Below are positions 54,910 to 64,000 of a DNA stretch of 64,000 nucleotides, piece after piece. The DNA comes from an uncultured Pelagibacteraceae bacterium. GTDB taxonomy: Bacteria; Pseudomonadota; Alphaproteobacteria; Pelagibacterales; Pelagibacteraceae. Every line of letters begins with the position of its first letter. Position 1 is the stretch's first letter. A program made the translations under genes and the position numbers. The notes under the pieces were generated by a model, which was not told the DNA's origin, did not search any database, and was given only the letters and a program-made list of their open reading frames with translations. The stretch covers positions 6,645 to 70,644 of the forward strand of contig CABXEK010000001.1 of the NCBI GenBank assembly GCA_902511185.1, given 5' to 3'.

Positions 54910-55629
54910 ATGAGATTTAAAGATACAAAACAAAGGATTGTAATTACAGGTGGCGATGGAAGATTTGCTCAAGTTCTTAAAAAATCAAAACTAAAATTAA
55001 ATATTCTTTATCCTAACAAAAAAAATCTTAACATATTAAAAATTAAATCAATTACCGATTACTTAAAAAAAACTAAGCCCAAATATCTTATTCATGCTGC
55101 GGCATTATCAAGACCAATGAAACTTCACGATAGTCAAATTTCAAAAAGTATTGATTTAAATATTATTGGTACCTGCAACATTGTAAAAGTATGTTCTCAA
55201 TTAAAAATTAAATTAATATATTTTTCTACTGGATATGTATATGAAGGCAAAACTGGTAATTATAAAGAAGAGGATCCCATACTTCCTGTAAATAACTATG
55301 CTTGGTCAAAATTAGGTGGAGAATGTGCTGTAAAACTTTATAAAAATTCATTGATTTTAAGAATTACAATGTGTGAGAAACCATTCATACATGAAAGTGC
55401 TTTTTATGATGTTAACACAAATTTTATTTTTCATGACGAGGTGGTAAAATTTATTCCCAAAATATTAAATAAAAAGGGGATTTTAAATGTTGGAGGTAAA
55501 ACACAATCTGTCTATAATTTTGCAAGAAAAACAAATGTGAATGTGAAAAAAATATCTGGAATAAAACTATTTCCTGCTAACCCTTCTATGAATATCTCAA
55601 AACTTAAAAAGATTATAAAAAAAATTTAG
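54910..55629 (+). CDS. RmlD-like NDP-4-keto-sugar reductase (short SDR)
   Basis: ITGGDGRFA, IHAAA, STGYVY and YAWSK motifs. Confidence 0.85.
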   Translation: MRFKDTKQRIVITGGDGRFAQVLKKSKLKLNILYPNKKNLNILKIKSITDYLKKTKPKYLIHAAALSRPMKLHDSQISKSIDLNIIGTCNIVKVCSQLKIKLIYFSTGYVYEGKTGNYKEEDPILPVNNYAWSKLGGECAVKLYKNSLILRITMCEKPFIHESAFYDVNTNFIFHDEVVKFIPKILNKKGILNVGGKTQSVYNFARKTNVNVKKISGIKLFPANPSMNISKLKKIIKKI

Positions 55630-55689
55630 TGATATTAATTATTCTAGTGATAATATAAAAAATTAATTTATTAATAAAATTTAAATCAA

Positions 55690-55766
55690 GCGCCTGTAGC
55701 TCAATTGGATAGAGCGCTTGGCTACGGACCAGGAGGTTCTGGGTTCAACTCCTAGCAGGCGCACCA
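55690..55766 (+). tRNA. tRNA-Arg(ACG)
   Basis: GCGCCTG/CAGGCGC acceptor, CTTGG-CTACGGA-CCAGG anticodon arm, GGTTCAACTCC, ends ACCA. Confidence 0.97.
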
Positions 55767-55887
55767 CTAATAAAGGTAAATATGTTTAATTGGTTTTTTA
55801 AATCTTCTTTGCAAAAATCTGTGATTTATTTCTTTATAATCGTAGTTATAATCTTAATATTTTTAACCTTAATATTATAATAAAACT

Positions 55888-56313
55888 ATGACCAAAGAAT
55901 TTGAACAAATAAGTATTAAACCCGGTTTTATGAAACACAATGGAGGTGTTTTATTCAGAACAATATCTGATACAGAATATGAATTTAAATCTACAATTAA
56001 TAACAATCATTTAAATGCTGCTGGAATAACTCACGGTGGTTATTTATCGGCTTTAATTGATGCTGGGGCGGGAACCGCAGCCCACAGAGCTTCTGGTAAT
56101 GCACCCTGTGTAACAATTTCTTTAGATTTAAAATTTATTGGTGCTTCCAAAGTAGGTGATGAAGTTACAGGGTTCACAAAGATATTAAAAAAAACAAACA
56201 CACTTGTATTCTTATTTTGTGAATTAAGATGTAATGACAAAATCATTACTTCCGCCTCTGGAGTTTGGAAAATTTTAAAAGTTAAACCTTCAAATTTAGG
56301 TCCAGGTGGTTAA
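55888..56313 (+). CDS. PaaI family thioesterase
   Basis: HLNAAGITHGG...LID hotdog motif. Confidence 0.93.
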   Translation: MTKEFEQISIKPGFMKHNGGVLFRTISDTEYEFKSTINNNHLNAAGITHGGYLSALIDAGAGTAAHRASGNAPCVTISLDLKFIGASKVGDEVTGFTKILKKTNTLVFLFCELRCNDKIITSASGVWKILKVKPSNLGPGG

Positions 56314-58635
56314 TTATTCTTTTCTTCTGTAATTCAAGTAACCAAAAATTATTAAAAGCAAAATTGCAATAGGATAAATAACACCCTTATTTGGTCTGTT
56401 TGAATTTTCTATTTTTAATTCGCTTATGAAGTCACCCATTTCAAACCCACTTTTTTTAGCTTCTCCATTCCATTTTAAATTATCAACGATAATTTTATTT
56501 TCTTTTTTTACTAAACTAATTCCATAATCTTCTAAATTATATTCTTTTTCAAATGTATTTTTATTAATTACAAATAATTTGTATCTTTCTCCATATGGAC
56601 TGGGTCTTGTAATTTTAAATCGCACTTCCTTTTTTGGATCTAATATAACCGAATTAATTGCACTAATATTTTGATAATTATATTTAGGATAAAATTTATT
56701 AAGAACAAACTCAGGGGATAATAATGAGAGAGAAATTATTAAAAAAATAACTATTTCATACCATTTTAATTTATTAATGAACCAGCCTTGCGTTGCTGAA
56801 GTAAATACTAATATTCCAGCTAAAGAAGTGATAATAACAACTAATGCATGCCAAATATTTTCTACTCCTATTAAAAGTAATTCATGATTAAATAAAAAAA
56901 CAATTGGTAGTATTCCTGTTCTCAAGCTATACCAAAATGCTTGGAGACCAGTTTTTAAAGGATCGCCTCCTGAAATAGCGGCAGCGGCATAAGATGCAAG
57001 ACCCACAGGAGGTGTTACGTCTGCCATTAAACCAAAATAAAACACAAATAAATGAACTGCTATTAATGGAAAAATAAATCCTGACGCATTACCAACATCA
57101 ACTAAAACTGTTGCCATTAAGGAGGCAACAACCACATAGTTTGCTGTTGTTGGTAAACCCATTCCTAATAATAAACATAGTATTATTGTTAAAAATAATA
57201 ATATTGAAACATTGTCTTTTGCAATTGACTCGATAACTATAATTAAGTTTGTACTTAGTCCTGTTGATCCAACAGCTCCAACTATTATACCAGCTGTTGC
57301 TATAGCAATTCCAACACCAACCATATTTAAAGCACCTTTTTCAAAACCTACAATAGTTTGATTAAACCAAACTTTAAGTGAGTTTTTTAAATTCTCACCT
57401 TTAATAGTTAAATAAATTAAATTAACAAAAATAAGTGAAATAGTTGCGTAAAAAATAGAATAAGAGGCGGTAAACCTAAGGTAAACCAGCATATAAATTA
57501 ATACAAAAATAGGTATCAAAAAATGAAGACCAGAAAAAAATGTTTTTTTCAAATTTGGCACATCTTTTTCTTCCATTCCTTTTAAATTTAATTTTAAAGC
57601 TTCTAAGTGAGAAATATAAAAAAGTGCTACGTATGAAATTATAGCAGGTAAAAAAGCATGCTTCACAATTTCAAAATAGGTAACCCCAATAAAACTTGCC
57701 ATTACAAAAGCTGCAGCTCCCATTACAGGTGGCATCAATTGACCATTAACAGAAGATGAAACCTCAATAGCACCAGCTTTTTCTTTTGAAAAACCAGTTT
57801 GCTTCATAATTGGAATAGTGAAGGTTCCTGTGGTAACTGTGTTAGCTATGGATGAGCCAGAAATTAAACCTGTCATTCCTGAGCCTAGAATTGCTGCTTT
57901 AGCTGGTCCACCTCTCATTTTTCCCACCATTGCAAAAGCTAAGTCTAGGAAATATTTTCCCCCTCCTGCTGTTTCTAATAGGGCACCAAACAGAACAAAT
58001 AAAAAAATAAAATCTACAGAAACACCAATTGGAATTCCAAATATAGCTTCTTGATCAAGCCATTGAAAGCCAACTAATCTATTTAGCGAAAGACCCCCAT
58101 GTGAAATAATTTCTGGAGCATATCTTCCAAAATAAGAAAATAACAAAAAACAAACAGCGATGATAACAAGTGGTAAACCTATTGCTCTTCTAGTTGCTTC
58201 GAGCAAAATCAAAATACCAAGGCTACCAATAATTAACTCTACTGGTAATTTAAAACTATCTCCTATTAAAATAGCTAAAAGAACACCCCCTCGATCAACT
58301 AATTGATCATAAAAAAAATAGATATAAAAACATGAAAATGCTCCCATAATACTGATGAAAATATCAATTACAGAAATTTTTTTTCCTTTTGAAATTGGGT
58401 AAATTAAAAATGCTAAAGTTAATGCAAAACCTAAATGGATTGCTCTAGCTGGTAATCCTTTAAACATTCCAAAATTAAAAATAAAAGGAAATGGAGACGC
58501 ATACCAAAGCTGAAATAACGACCAGATAATTGCTATTGCTGCAACAATCTTTAAATGTAACCCTTTAAGATTTTTTGTAGGAGATAAATCTTCATTAATT
58601 TTATCTTTGACTTTTTCACTTAAGCTTTGGGTCAT
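56314..58635 (-). CDS. TRAP transporter fused permease (4TM/12TM)
   Basis: GGPAKAA, SGSSIAN, GQLMPPVMGAAAF, GMGLPT and TPPVG motifs. Confidence 0.96.
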   Translation of the reverse strand: MTQSLSEKVKDKINEDLSPTKNLKGLHLKIVAAIAIIWSLFQLWYASPFPFIFNFGMFKGLPARAIHLGFALTLAFLIYPISKGKKISVIDIFISIMGAFSCFYIYFFYDQLVDRGGVLLAILIGDSFKLPVELIIGSLGILILLEATRRAIGLPLVIIAVCFLLFSYFGRYAPEIISHGGLSLNRLVGFQWLDQEAIFGIPIGVSVDFIFLFVLFGALLETAGGGKYFLDLAFAMVGKMRGGPAKAAILGSGMTGLISGSSIANTVTTGTFTIPIMKQTGFSKEKAGAIEVSSSVNGQLMPPVMGAAAFVMASFIGVTYFEIVKHAFLPAIISYVALFYISHLEALKLNLKGMEEKDVPNLKKTFFSGLHFLIPIFVLIYMLVYLRFTASYSIFYATISLIFVNLIYLTIKGENLKNSLKVWFNQTIVGFEKGALNMVGVGIAIATAGIIVGAVGSTGLSTNLIIVIESIAKDNVSILLFLTIILCLLLGMGLPTTANYVVVASLMATVLVDVGNASGFIFPLIAVHLFVFYFGLMADVTPPVGLASYAAAAISGGDPLKTGLQAFWYSLRTGILPIVFLFNHELLLIGVENIWHALVVIITSLAGILVFTSATQGWFINKLKWYEIVIFLIISLSLLSPEFVLNKFYPKYNYQNISAINSVILDPKKEVRFKITRPSPYGERYKLFVINKNTFEKEYNLEDYGISLVKKENKIIVDNLKWNGEAKKSGFEMGDFISELKIENSNRPNKGVIYPIAILLLIIFGYLNYRRKE

Positions 58636-58657
58636 AAAGAAGATGATACCTTATTAT

Positions 58658-58690
58658 AAAAAAAAGGCCCGATTAAAAATCAGGCCTTTT
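58658..58690 (-). terminator. intrinsic terminator/attenuator between TAXI receptor and permease
   Basis: Minus strand GGCCTGAT-TTTTA-ATCGGGCC hairpin followed by T8. Confidence 0.85.
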
Positions 58691-58709
58691 AAATAATTAA
58701 GAGCTTAGA

Positions 58710-59714
58710 TTACATTAATCCAGCTTCTTTATAGTATTTGATTGCACCTGGATGTAGTGGAGCAGATAAACCATCTTTAATCATATTTTTCTTTTCCAAA
58801 AATCCAAAAGCTGGATGTTGTTTTTTGAAATCATCAAAATTTTCCATTACAGCTTTTACAACTAGATAAACAAGCTCCTCAGAAACATCAGCAGAGGTTA
58901 CTACGGTAGCTTTTACACCAAATGTAGTTGCATCTTTTTTTTGTTTTGTATAAGTCCCTTTAGGAATTACAGCTTGTGCATAATAATCAGCACCATCTAT
59001 TAAACCTTGAACTTCTGGCCCTGTTAAGTTGATCGGTGATGCTTTTGCTGCACAAGTTGCAGCTTGTTCCATGGCTCCATTAGGAAATCCTACAGAATAA
59101 CCAAAAGCATCAATTTTACCATCACACAAAGCTTTTACTTGTTCTGATGAAGTTAATTCAGTAGTTGATTTAAAGAAACTATTATCAACTCCCATTGCTT
59201 TCATAAGCTCTTCCATTGTCCCTCTTTGACCAGAACCTGGGTTACCAATATTAACAACTTTTCCTTCTAAATCTGAAAAGTTTTTAACTTTAGCTTTTTT
59301 TCTAGCCCAAATTTGAAAAGGTTCGTTGTGAACTGAGAATACAGCTCTTAAATCACTGTATTGTTTTCCTTCCCATTTACTAGAACCGTTTACCGCATGA
59401 TACTGCCAGTCAGATTGTGCAACACCAAATTGAAATTCACCAGCTGCTATTTGACCAATGTTGTAGTTTGATCCGCCAGTTGATGGTGCTGTACATCTGT
59501 AAGCTTTAGCTGTACCTTTTTTTCGTCCATGCTCAGCACTTATTGCTGATTTGTGTAACATTTTACAAATAGCGTTACCTGTTTGGAAATAAACCCCAGT
59601 AGGTCCACCAGTTCCTATCGTAAAGAACTCTGCTGATTTCGCTACATTAGTTAAAGATAGTGATGCAACTAAAATCAGTAAAGCACTAGACAGAGATGTA
59701 ATTATTTTTTTCAT
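58710..59714 (-). CDS. TAXI family TRAP solute-binding protein
   Basis: Signal peptide, IGTGGPTGVY, STGGS..N, QSD, GNPGSG and PLHPGA..YY motifs; AGAGGGGG RBS. Confidence 0.96.
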   Translation of the reverse strand: MKKIITSLSSALLILVASLSLTNVAKSAEFFTIGTGGPTGVYFQTGNAICKMLHKSAISAEHGRKKGTAKAYRCTAPSTGGSNYNIGQIAAGEFQFGVAQSDWQYHAVNGSSKWEGKQYSDLRAVFSVHNEPFQIWARKKAKVKNFSDLEGKVVNIGNPGSGQRGTMEELMKAMGVDNSFFKSTTELTSSEQVKALCDGKIDAFGYSVGFPNGAMEQAATCAAKASPINLTGPEVQGLIDGADYYAQAVIPKGTYTKQKKDATTFGVKATVVTSADVSEELVYLVVKAVMENFDDFKKQHPAFGFLEKKNMIKDGLSAPLHPGAIKYYKEAGLM

Positions 59715-59788
59715 TTATTTTCCCCCTCTATATCGTTTTTTTTATATCCTAATTTAATAGTAATTAATTGGGTATGTATAGCGAGATT

Positions 59789-61015
59789 TTATACTGATTC
59801 AGACCACTTTTTTAACTTATCAACACCTTCAATAATTTTAGGTGCAAATTCGTTTATAGTATCGTTATCAATTTTTTTGTTGTCATCAATTTTATTCATA
59901 AATTTTTGGCCATCAAAATCAGTAAAGCTCAATCTTGCTAGCATTTTATTTTGATCAAAACCAAAATCAGATCCTGGTAACAGAGCTACACCTGTATCGT
60001 TTAATATACTATCACACATGTCGGCTGAAGAATTAAATTTTTTATTTAAAAACTCTGGCATTAAATAAAACCCTCCTTGAGGCTCATTAATTAAAACTTT
60101 ATTAGATCTTAAATTATTATAAACATAGTTACCAACAGCACTTAAAATATTTTTTGATTTATTAATATATTGTGAGTGATCATTCTTGTAAGCTTTTATT
60201 GCTGCGTATTGAATAGGTGCGCTAACAGCAGAAAAGGTCTCGCTTGCTAACACATTAATCATATTTTTTATTTCCATTAAAGAGTTTGGAACTAAAAAAT
60301 AACCCAATCTCCATCCACCAGCCCCACACCATTTACTTAATCCCGTACTCACAATTGTTTTTTCAGGACAAAAATTAGAAATAGATTGATAATTTTCTTT
60401 AAAACTTAACTCTGAATATATTTCATCAGATAAAATAATAAGATTATATTTTTTAGCAATGATAGATATTTCTTCTAAATTTTCACAGATTTGACCAGAT
60501 GGATTATTTGGTGAATTTAAGAATAATAAATAATTTTTACTTTTATCTTTTGAAATAATTTTTTCAATTTCTATACCTGTTGGAAACCAATTATTCTCTC
60601 TTTTTGTTTGTAAAATTTGTATTTTATTTCTACCTAGTATTGCCTGAGGTGCATATGAAACCCAACTAGGTGCAGGCAAAATAATTTCTCCATCAAAAAC
60701 TACATGCAGCAAAAACATTAATTCTTTAGAACCAGGTCCAATAATCACATTTTCAGATTTATAATTATAATTTTTTTTATTTGATGTATAGTTTGCAACT
60801 ACCTCTCTAAGTTCAGACAAGCCTTGCATTGGTAAATATTTATTTTGATGCGCATTCTTTTTTAACTCATCTACAACATCTTCTGGTACCTTGAATGGTG
60901 ATTGTCCAAATCCGAATTTAAAGATTTTTTTACCTTGTTCTTCTAGTTTGCTAGAGGTTTCATTAATTAAAAGTGTAGAGGAAGGCTTTAAATTTTTGAC
61001 TAGGTTTTTTAACAT
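59789..61015 (-). CDS. PLP-dependent aminotransferase class I/II
   Basis: GSKE, NSPNNPSG, SDEIY and LSKWCGAGGWRLG motifs. Confidence 0.93.
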   Translation of the reverse strand: MLKNLVKNLKPSSTLLINETSSKLEEQGKKIFKFGFGQSPFKVPEDVVDELKKNAHQNKYLPMQGLSELREVVANYTSNKKNYNYKSENVIIGPGSKELMFLLHVVFDGEIILPAPSWVSYAPQAILGRNKIQILQTKRENNWFPTGIEIEKIISKDKSKNYLLFLNSPNNPSGQICENLEEISIIAKKYNLIILSDEIYSELSFKENYQSISNFCPEKTIVSTGLSKWCGAGGWRLGYFLVPNSLMEIKNMINVLASETFSAVSAPIQYAAIKAYKNDHSQYINKSKNILSAVGNYVYNNLRSNKVLINEPQGGFYLMPEFLNKKFNSSADMCDSILNDTGVALLPGSDFGFDQNKMLARLSFTDFDGQKFMNKIDDNKKIDNDTINEFAPKIIEGVDKLKKWSESV

Positions 61016-61189
61016 TTTTTTTTTGTAAATTACTATTATAGAATTAATCTTAATTATGCTAATCTAGCTATAATTAATAAGTAAAATGAGAACTTTTTAT
61101 CCTCCGATTCGGTCATGTTTTAGTCTATTTTTGTTCTTTAACACCAACAATATCTGGTAGGTAAAAAAAAAGATATACCAAAGATAGAA

Positions 61190-63673
61190 ATGCTTAAACA
61201 CAAAATTACAGCTGTTCTGGGACCTACTAATACAGGTAAAACTCACCTTGCTATAGAAACAATGCTCTCCTTTGACTCTGGCATGATTGGTTTTCCACTT
61301 AGATTATTAGCTAGAGAAGTTTATGACAAAGTAATTAAGAAAATTAGTCTAGATAAAGTTGCTCTAATTACAGGTGAAGAAAAAATTATTCCAACTAATG
61401 CAAAATATTTTTTGTGCACAGTTGAATCAATGCCTATTGATAAACATTTAGAATTTGTTGGGGTTGATGAAATTCAAATGTGTGCCGATCATGAAAGAGG
61501 ACATATTTTTACTGATAGGTTACTAAACATGAGAGGTGAAAAACTTACAATGCTTATGGGTTCCAATACTATTAAAAATATAATTTCAAAATTAGATGGA
61601 GACATAGAATTTATAAACAGAGAGCGTTTATCAAAACTTACATATTCAGGTCATAAAAAAATTTCAAGAATAAATAGAAAAACAGCTATAATTGCTTTTT
61701 CAGCAGAAGAGGTTTATGCGATAGCAGAGCTTATAAGGCGGCAAAAGGGTGGCGCTGCAATTGTAATGGGATCACTAAGTCCTAAAACAAGGAATGCTCA
61801 AGTAGAGCTATATCAGTCTGGTGATGTTGATTTTTTAGTAGCAACTGATGCTATAGGAATGGGAATCAATATGGATTTAGATTATGTATATTTTTCTAAT
61901 CTCAAAAAATTTGATGGTAAAAAATTAAGAAAACTTAACATATCAGAAATTGGCCAAATTGCGGGTAGAGCTGGAAGATATCTAAATGATGGAAGTTTTG
62001 GAGTTACTGGTGAATGCAAAGAAATTACAGCTGAGGATGTAGAGCTATTAGAAAATCATAATTTTGAAGAAATAAAAACTTTATTTTGGAGAAACCCAAT
62101 TCTAAATTTTAATAATCCATTTAGCTTAATTAAGTCTTTAGAAGAAAAACCTCAAATGGGATGGTTAAGAAAAATTCATGAATGTGAGGATGAAAGGGCT
62201 CTTAAATATTTTTTAAAAGATAAGAATTTAATTAATTTAAAATTTGATAAAAAAATACTCAGTCTTCTATGGGAATGCTGTCAAATACCAGATTTTGTAA
62301 AAAAAACTTATGGAAATCATTATGAGGTTATTGGCAGTGTTTTTAAATTGTTAAACAGCAAAAAGGGAAGAATAACTGATGAATTTATGAGATTGCAGTT
62401 AATAAAGTTAGATAAATTAGAGGGAAATGTCGATTCTTTATCAAATAGAATTGCAAATGTTAGGACATGGTCTTATGTTTCAAATAAAAATAATTGGATA
62501 GAAAATCAAGACTATTGGATTGAAAAAACAAAACATTTAGAAGATAGGCTTTCAGACAGACTTCATGAGGAACTTACAAAAACATTTATTGATAAAAGAG
62601 CCAGTGTTCTTGCAAGAGGTTTAAAACAAGATATGGAATTTAAAACAGAAATTTTAGAAAATAATAATGTTATGATTGATGATCAGTTTATAGGAAAAAT
62701 AAATGGTCTGAAATTAGAATTAGATTTAAAAAAAGGAGCACTAGAGACAGATATTAAGTCATTAAAGAAAGCTGCAAGACAATCAATCGGACCAGAACTT
62801 GAAAAAAGAATTCAAACTATTATTGACACAGGTTTAATTGAATTAAATGATGATTTCAAAATTTACTGGAATAACTTTCCGATAGCAAAACTATCTACCG
62901 GAAATAATTATTTAAATCCCAATTTTGATCTTTTAATTGATGAAATTGTTGAAACAAATCAAAAAAAAAAGCTAGGTGAATACATTAATAAATGGATACA
63001 AAATAAAATTAATACAGTTCTTAAGAATTTAATTGATTTAAAAAATCTTAATGAAAATAATTCTTCAATTAAAGCTTTGGCCTATCAGCTATATGAAAAT
63101 AATGGTGTGCTTAAAAGAGAACAAGTGTCAGAATATCTGAAAATTCTTGGACAAAACGAAAGAAAAATTTTGAGAGAAATTGGTGTAAAATTTGGACGAT
63201 ATCATATTTTTTTATATCAGTTGATTAAACCTGAAGCAGTGTCATTAAGAACATTACTGTGGAAAAATTTTCATCAAAAATATTTTAATTTAAAACCACC
63301 AACTTTTGGCTTAAATTTTTTTGATGACAAAGAATCTAAAAATAAAAATTTTATGCTTCTTTGTGGCTTTGAAAAATTTGATACTTTATTTGTAAGAATA
63401 GATATTTTAGAAAGACTATTTATGTTAATAATAAATTCTTCAAACTCAAAAGAAAATAAGGAAATAAAGATGACACCAGAAATGCTTAATCTATTAGGCT
63501 GCAGTAAAGAAAATTTTAAAAAACTTTTAGAGAAAATGGGATATAAGGTATTTGACAAGAATGAAGAGACATTTTTTAAATATAATCCTAATAAAAAATA
63601 TAAAAAAATATTAAAACAAAAAACCTCAGTTGAAAACCCATTCAATGTTTTAAAAAATTTAAACCTAAGATAA
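61190..63673 (+). CDS. SUV3/MgpS-like SF2 helicase
   Basis: GPTNTGKT, PLRLLARE, DEIQ, ATDAIGMG and QIAGRAGR motifs. Confidence 0.93.
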   Translation: MLKHKITAVLGPTNTGKTHLAIETMLSFDSGMIGFPLRLLAREVYDKVIKKISLDKVALITGEEKIIPTNAKYFLCTVESMPIDKHLEFVGVDEIQMCADHERGHIFTDRLLNMRGEKLTMLMGSNTIKNIISKLDGDIEFINRERLSKLTYSGHKKISRINRKTAIIAFSAEEVYAIAELIRRQKGGAAIVMGSLSPKTRNAQVELYQSGDVDFLVATDAIGMGINMDLDYVYFSNLKKFDGKKLRKLNISEIGQIAGRAGRYLNDGSFGVTGECKEITAEDVELLENHNFEEIKTLFWRNPILNFNNPFSLIKSLEEKPQMGWLRKIHECEDERALKYFLKDKNLINLKFDKKILSLLWECCQIPDFVKKTYGNHYEVIGSVFKLLNSKKGRITDEFMRLQLIKLDKLEGNVDSLSNRIANVRTWSYVSNKNNWIENQDYWIEKTKHLEDRLSDRLHEELTKTFIDKRASVLARGLKQDMEFKTEILENNNVMIDDQFIGKINGLKLELDLKKGALETDIKSLKKAARQSIGPELEKRIQTIIDTGLIELNDDFKIYWNNFPIAKLSTGNNYLNPNFDLLIDEIVETNQKKKLGEYINKWIQNKINTVLKNLIDLKNLNENNSSIKALAYQLYENNGVLKREQVSEYLKILGQNERKILREIGVKFGRYHIFLYQLIKPEAVSLRTLLWKNFHQKYFNLKPPTFGLNFFDDKESKNKNFMLLCGFEKFDTLFVRIDILERLFMLIINSSNSKENKEIKMTPEMLNLLGCSKENFKKLLEKMGYKVFDKNEETFFKYNPNKKYKKILKQKTSVENPFNVLKNLNLR

Positions 63674-63678
63674 TCTCA

Positions 63679-64000
63679 ATGTTTTTTAATAAAAAAAATA
63701 ACAAAGTTGATACTAATTTTTTAACCAAAGTTTGTGCATTATTAATTCATGCAGCTAAAATAGACGAAAATTATACAGAAAATGAGGAAACAATTATCAA
63801 AAAAACCCTTTTAGAACTAGGCTGTTCTGAGGACGATCTGTACAAAACAATCAAAGATGCAAAAACTATTGAAGAAAATTCAAATCAAATTTTAGATTTT
63901 ACAAAAGAAGTTAAGAATATGACAGAAGATGATAAAATAAAAATTGTCGAGGCTTTATGGTCAATTATTTATTCAAATAAAGATGCGGATATGTATGAAA
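63679..64000 (+). CDS. TerB family protein, 5' part (runs off window)
   Basis: Manual translation MFFNKK...ALLIHAAKIDENYTENE...IVEALWSIIYSNKDADMYE fits the TerB-like pattern. Confidence 0.8.
   Translation, partial: MFFNKKNNKVDTNFLTKVCALLIHAAKIDENYTENEETIIKKTLLELGCSEDDLYKTIKDAKTIEENSNQILDFTKEVKNMTEDDKIKIVEALWSIIYSNKDADMYE

Larger units (their letters stand above)
49745..55629. other. glycosylation island 2: branched amino-deoxysugar pathway plus GT2
   Basis: Six contiguous NDP-sugar genes between thiolase and tRNA-Arg; very AT-rich; no integrase. Confidence 0.85.

Noticed and set aside
48547-55629. Antibiotic/secondary-metabolite gene cluster including the thiolase
   Set aside because: No PKS/NRPS, GT1, exporter or resistance gene; the thiolase looks like an ordinary thiolase II
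63679-64000. TerB plus helicase as an anti-phage system
   Set aside because: Both look like core alphaproteobacterial genes; TerB is truncated by the window and no other defence genes are visible

Overview
Very AT-rich, gene-dense, streamlined alphaproteobacterial chromosome segment; protein content and gene order point to SAR11 (Ca. Pelagibacter-like, inferred). Mostly core genome: murA(5' end)-dcd, rpmH-rnpA-yidD-yidC-argB-dapD-dapE, truA-fmt-def, aroKB, bolA/dnaJ-cobS-cobT, regB-gyrB, lepA-pheTS-rplT-rpmI-infC-thrS, gltDB, uppP, aceEF, a TAXI-TRAP transporter and a SUV3-like helicase, plus tRNA-Thr(GGU), tRNA-Ser(GGA) and tRNA-Arg(ACG). Two small integrase-free glycan islands lie on the 5' side of tRNA genes. 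Best candidate for a new system: island 2 (49.7-55.6 kb) has a GT2 plus counterparts of all five EvaA-E-type steps (2,3-dehydratase, DnrJ/EvaB-type 3-aminotransferase, C3-methyltransferase, epimerase, ketoreductase) that actinomycetes use to make vancosamine-type 3-amino-2,3,6-trideoxy-3-C-methyl sugars; here it probably decorates the cell surface. Also seen: a decayed full-length tandem copy of tRNA-Ser at the edge of island 1, a tRNA-Thr with a non-canonical T-loop, an adjacent lysine deacetylase + SET methyltransferase pair, an AceE with an N-terminal lipoyl domain, and three +1 poly-A frameshifts (regB, pheT, an island gene) that are probably sequencing errors. All protein calls come from motif recognition by eye; no database search was run.
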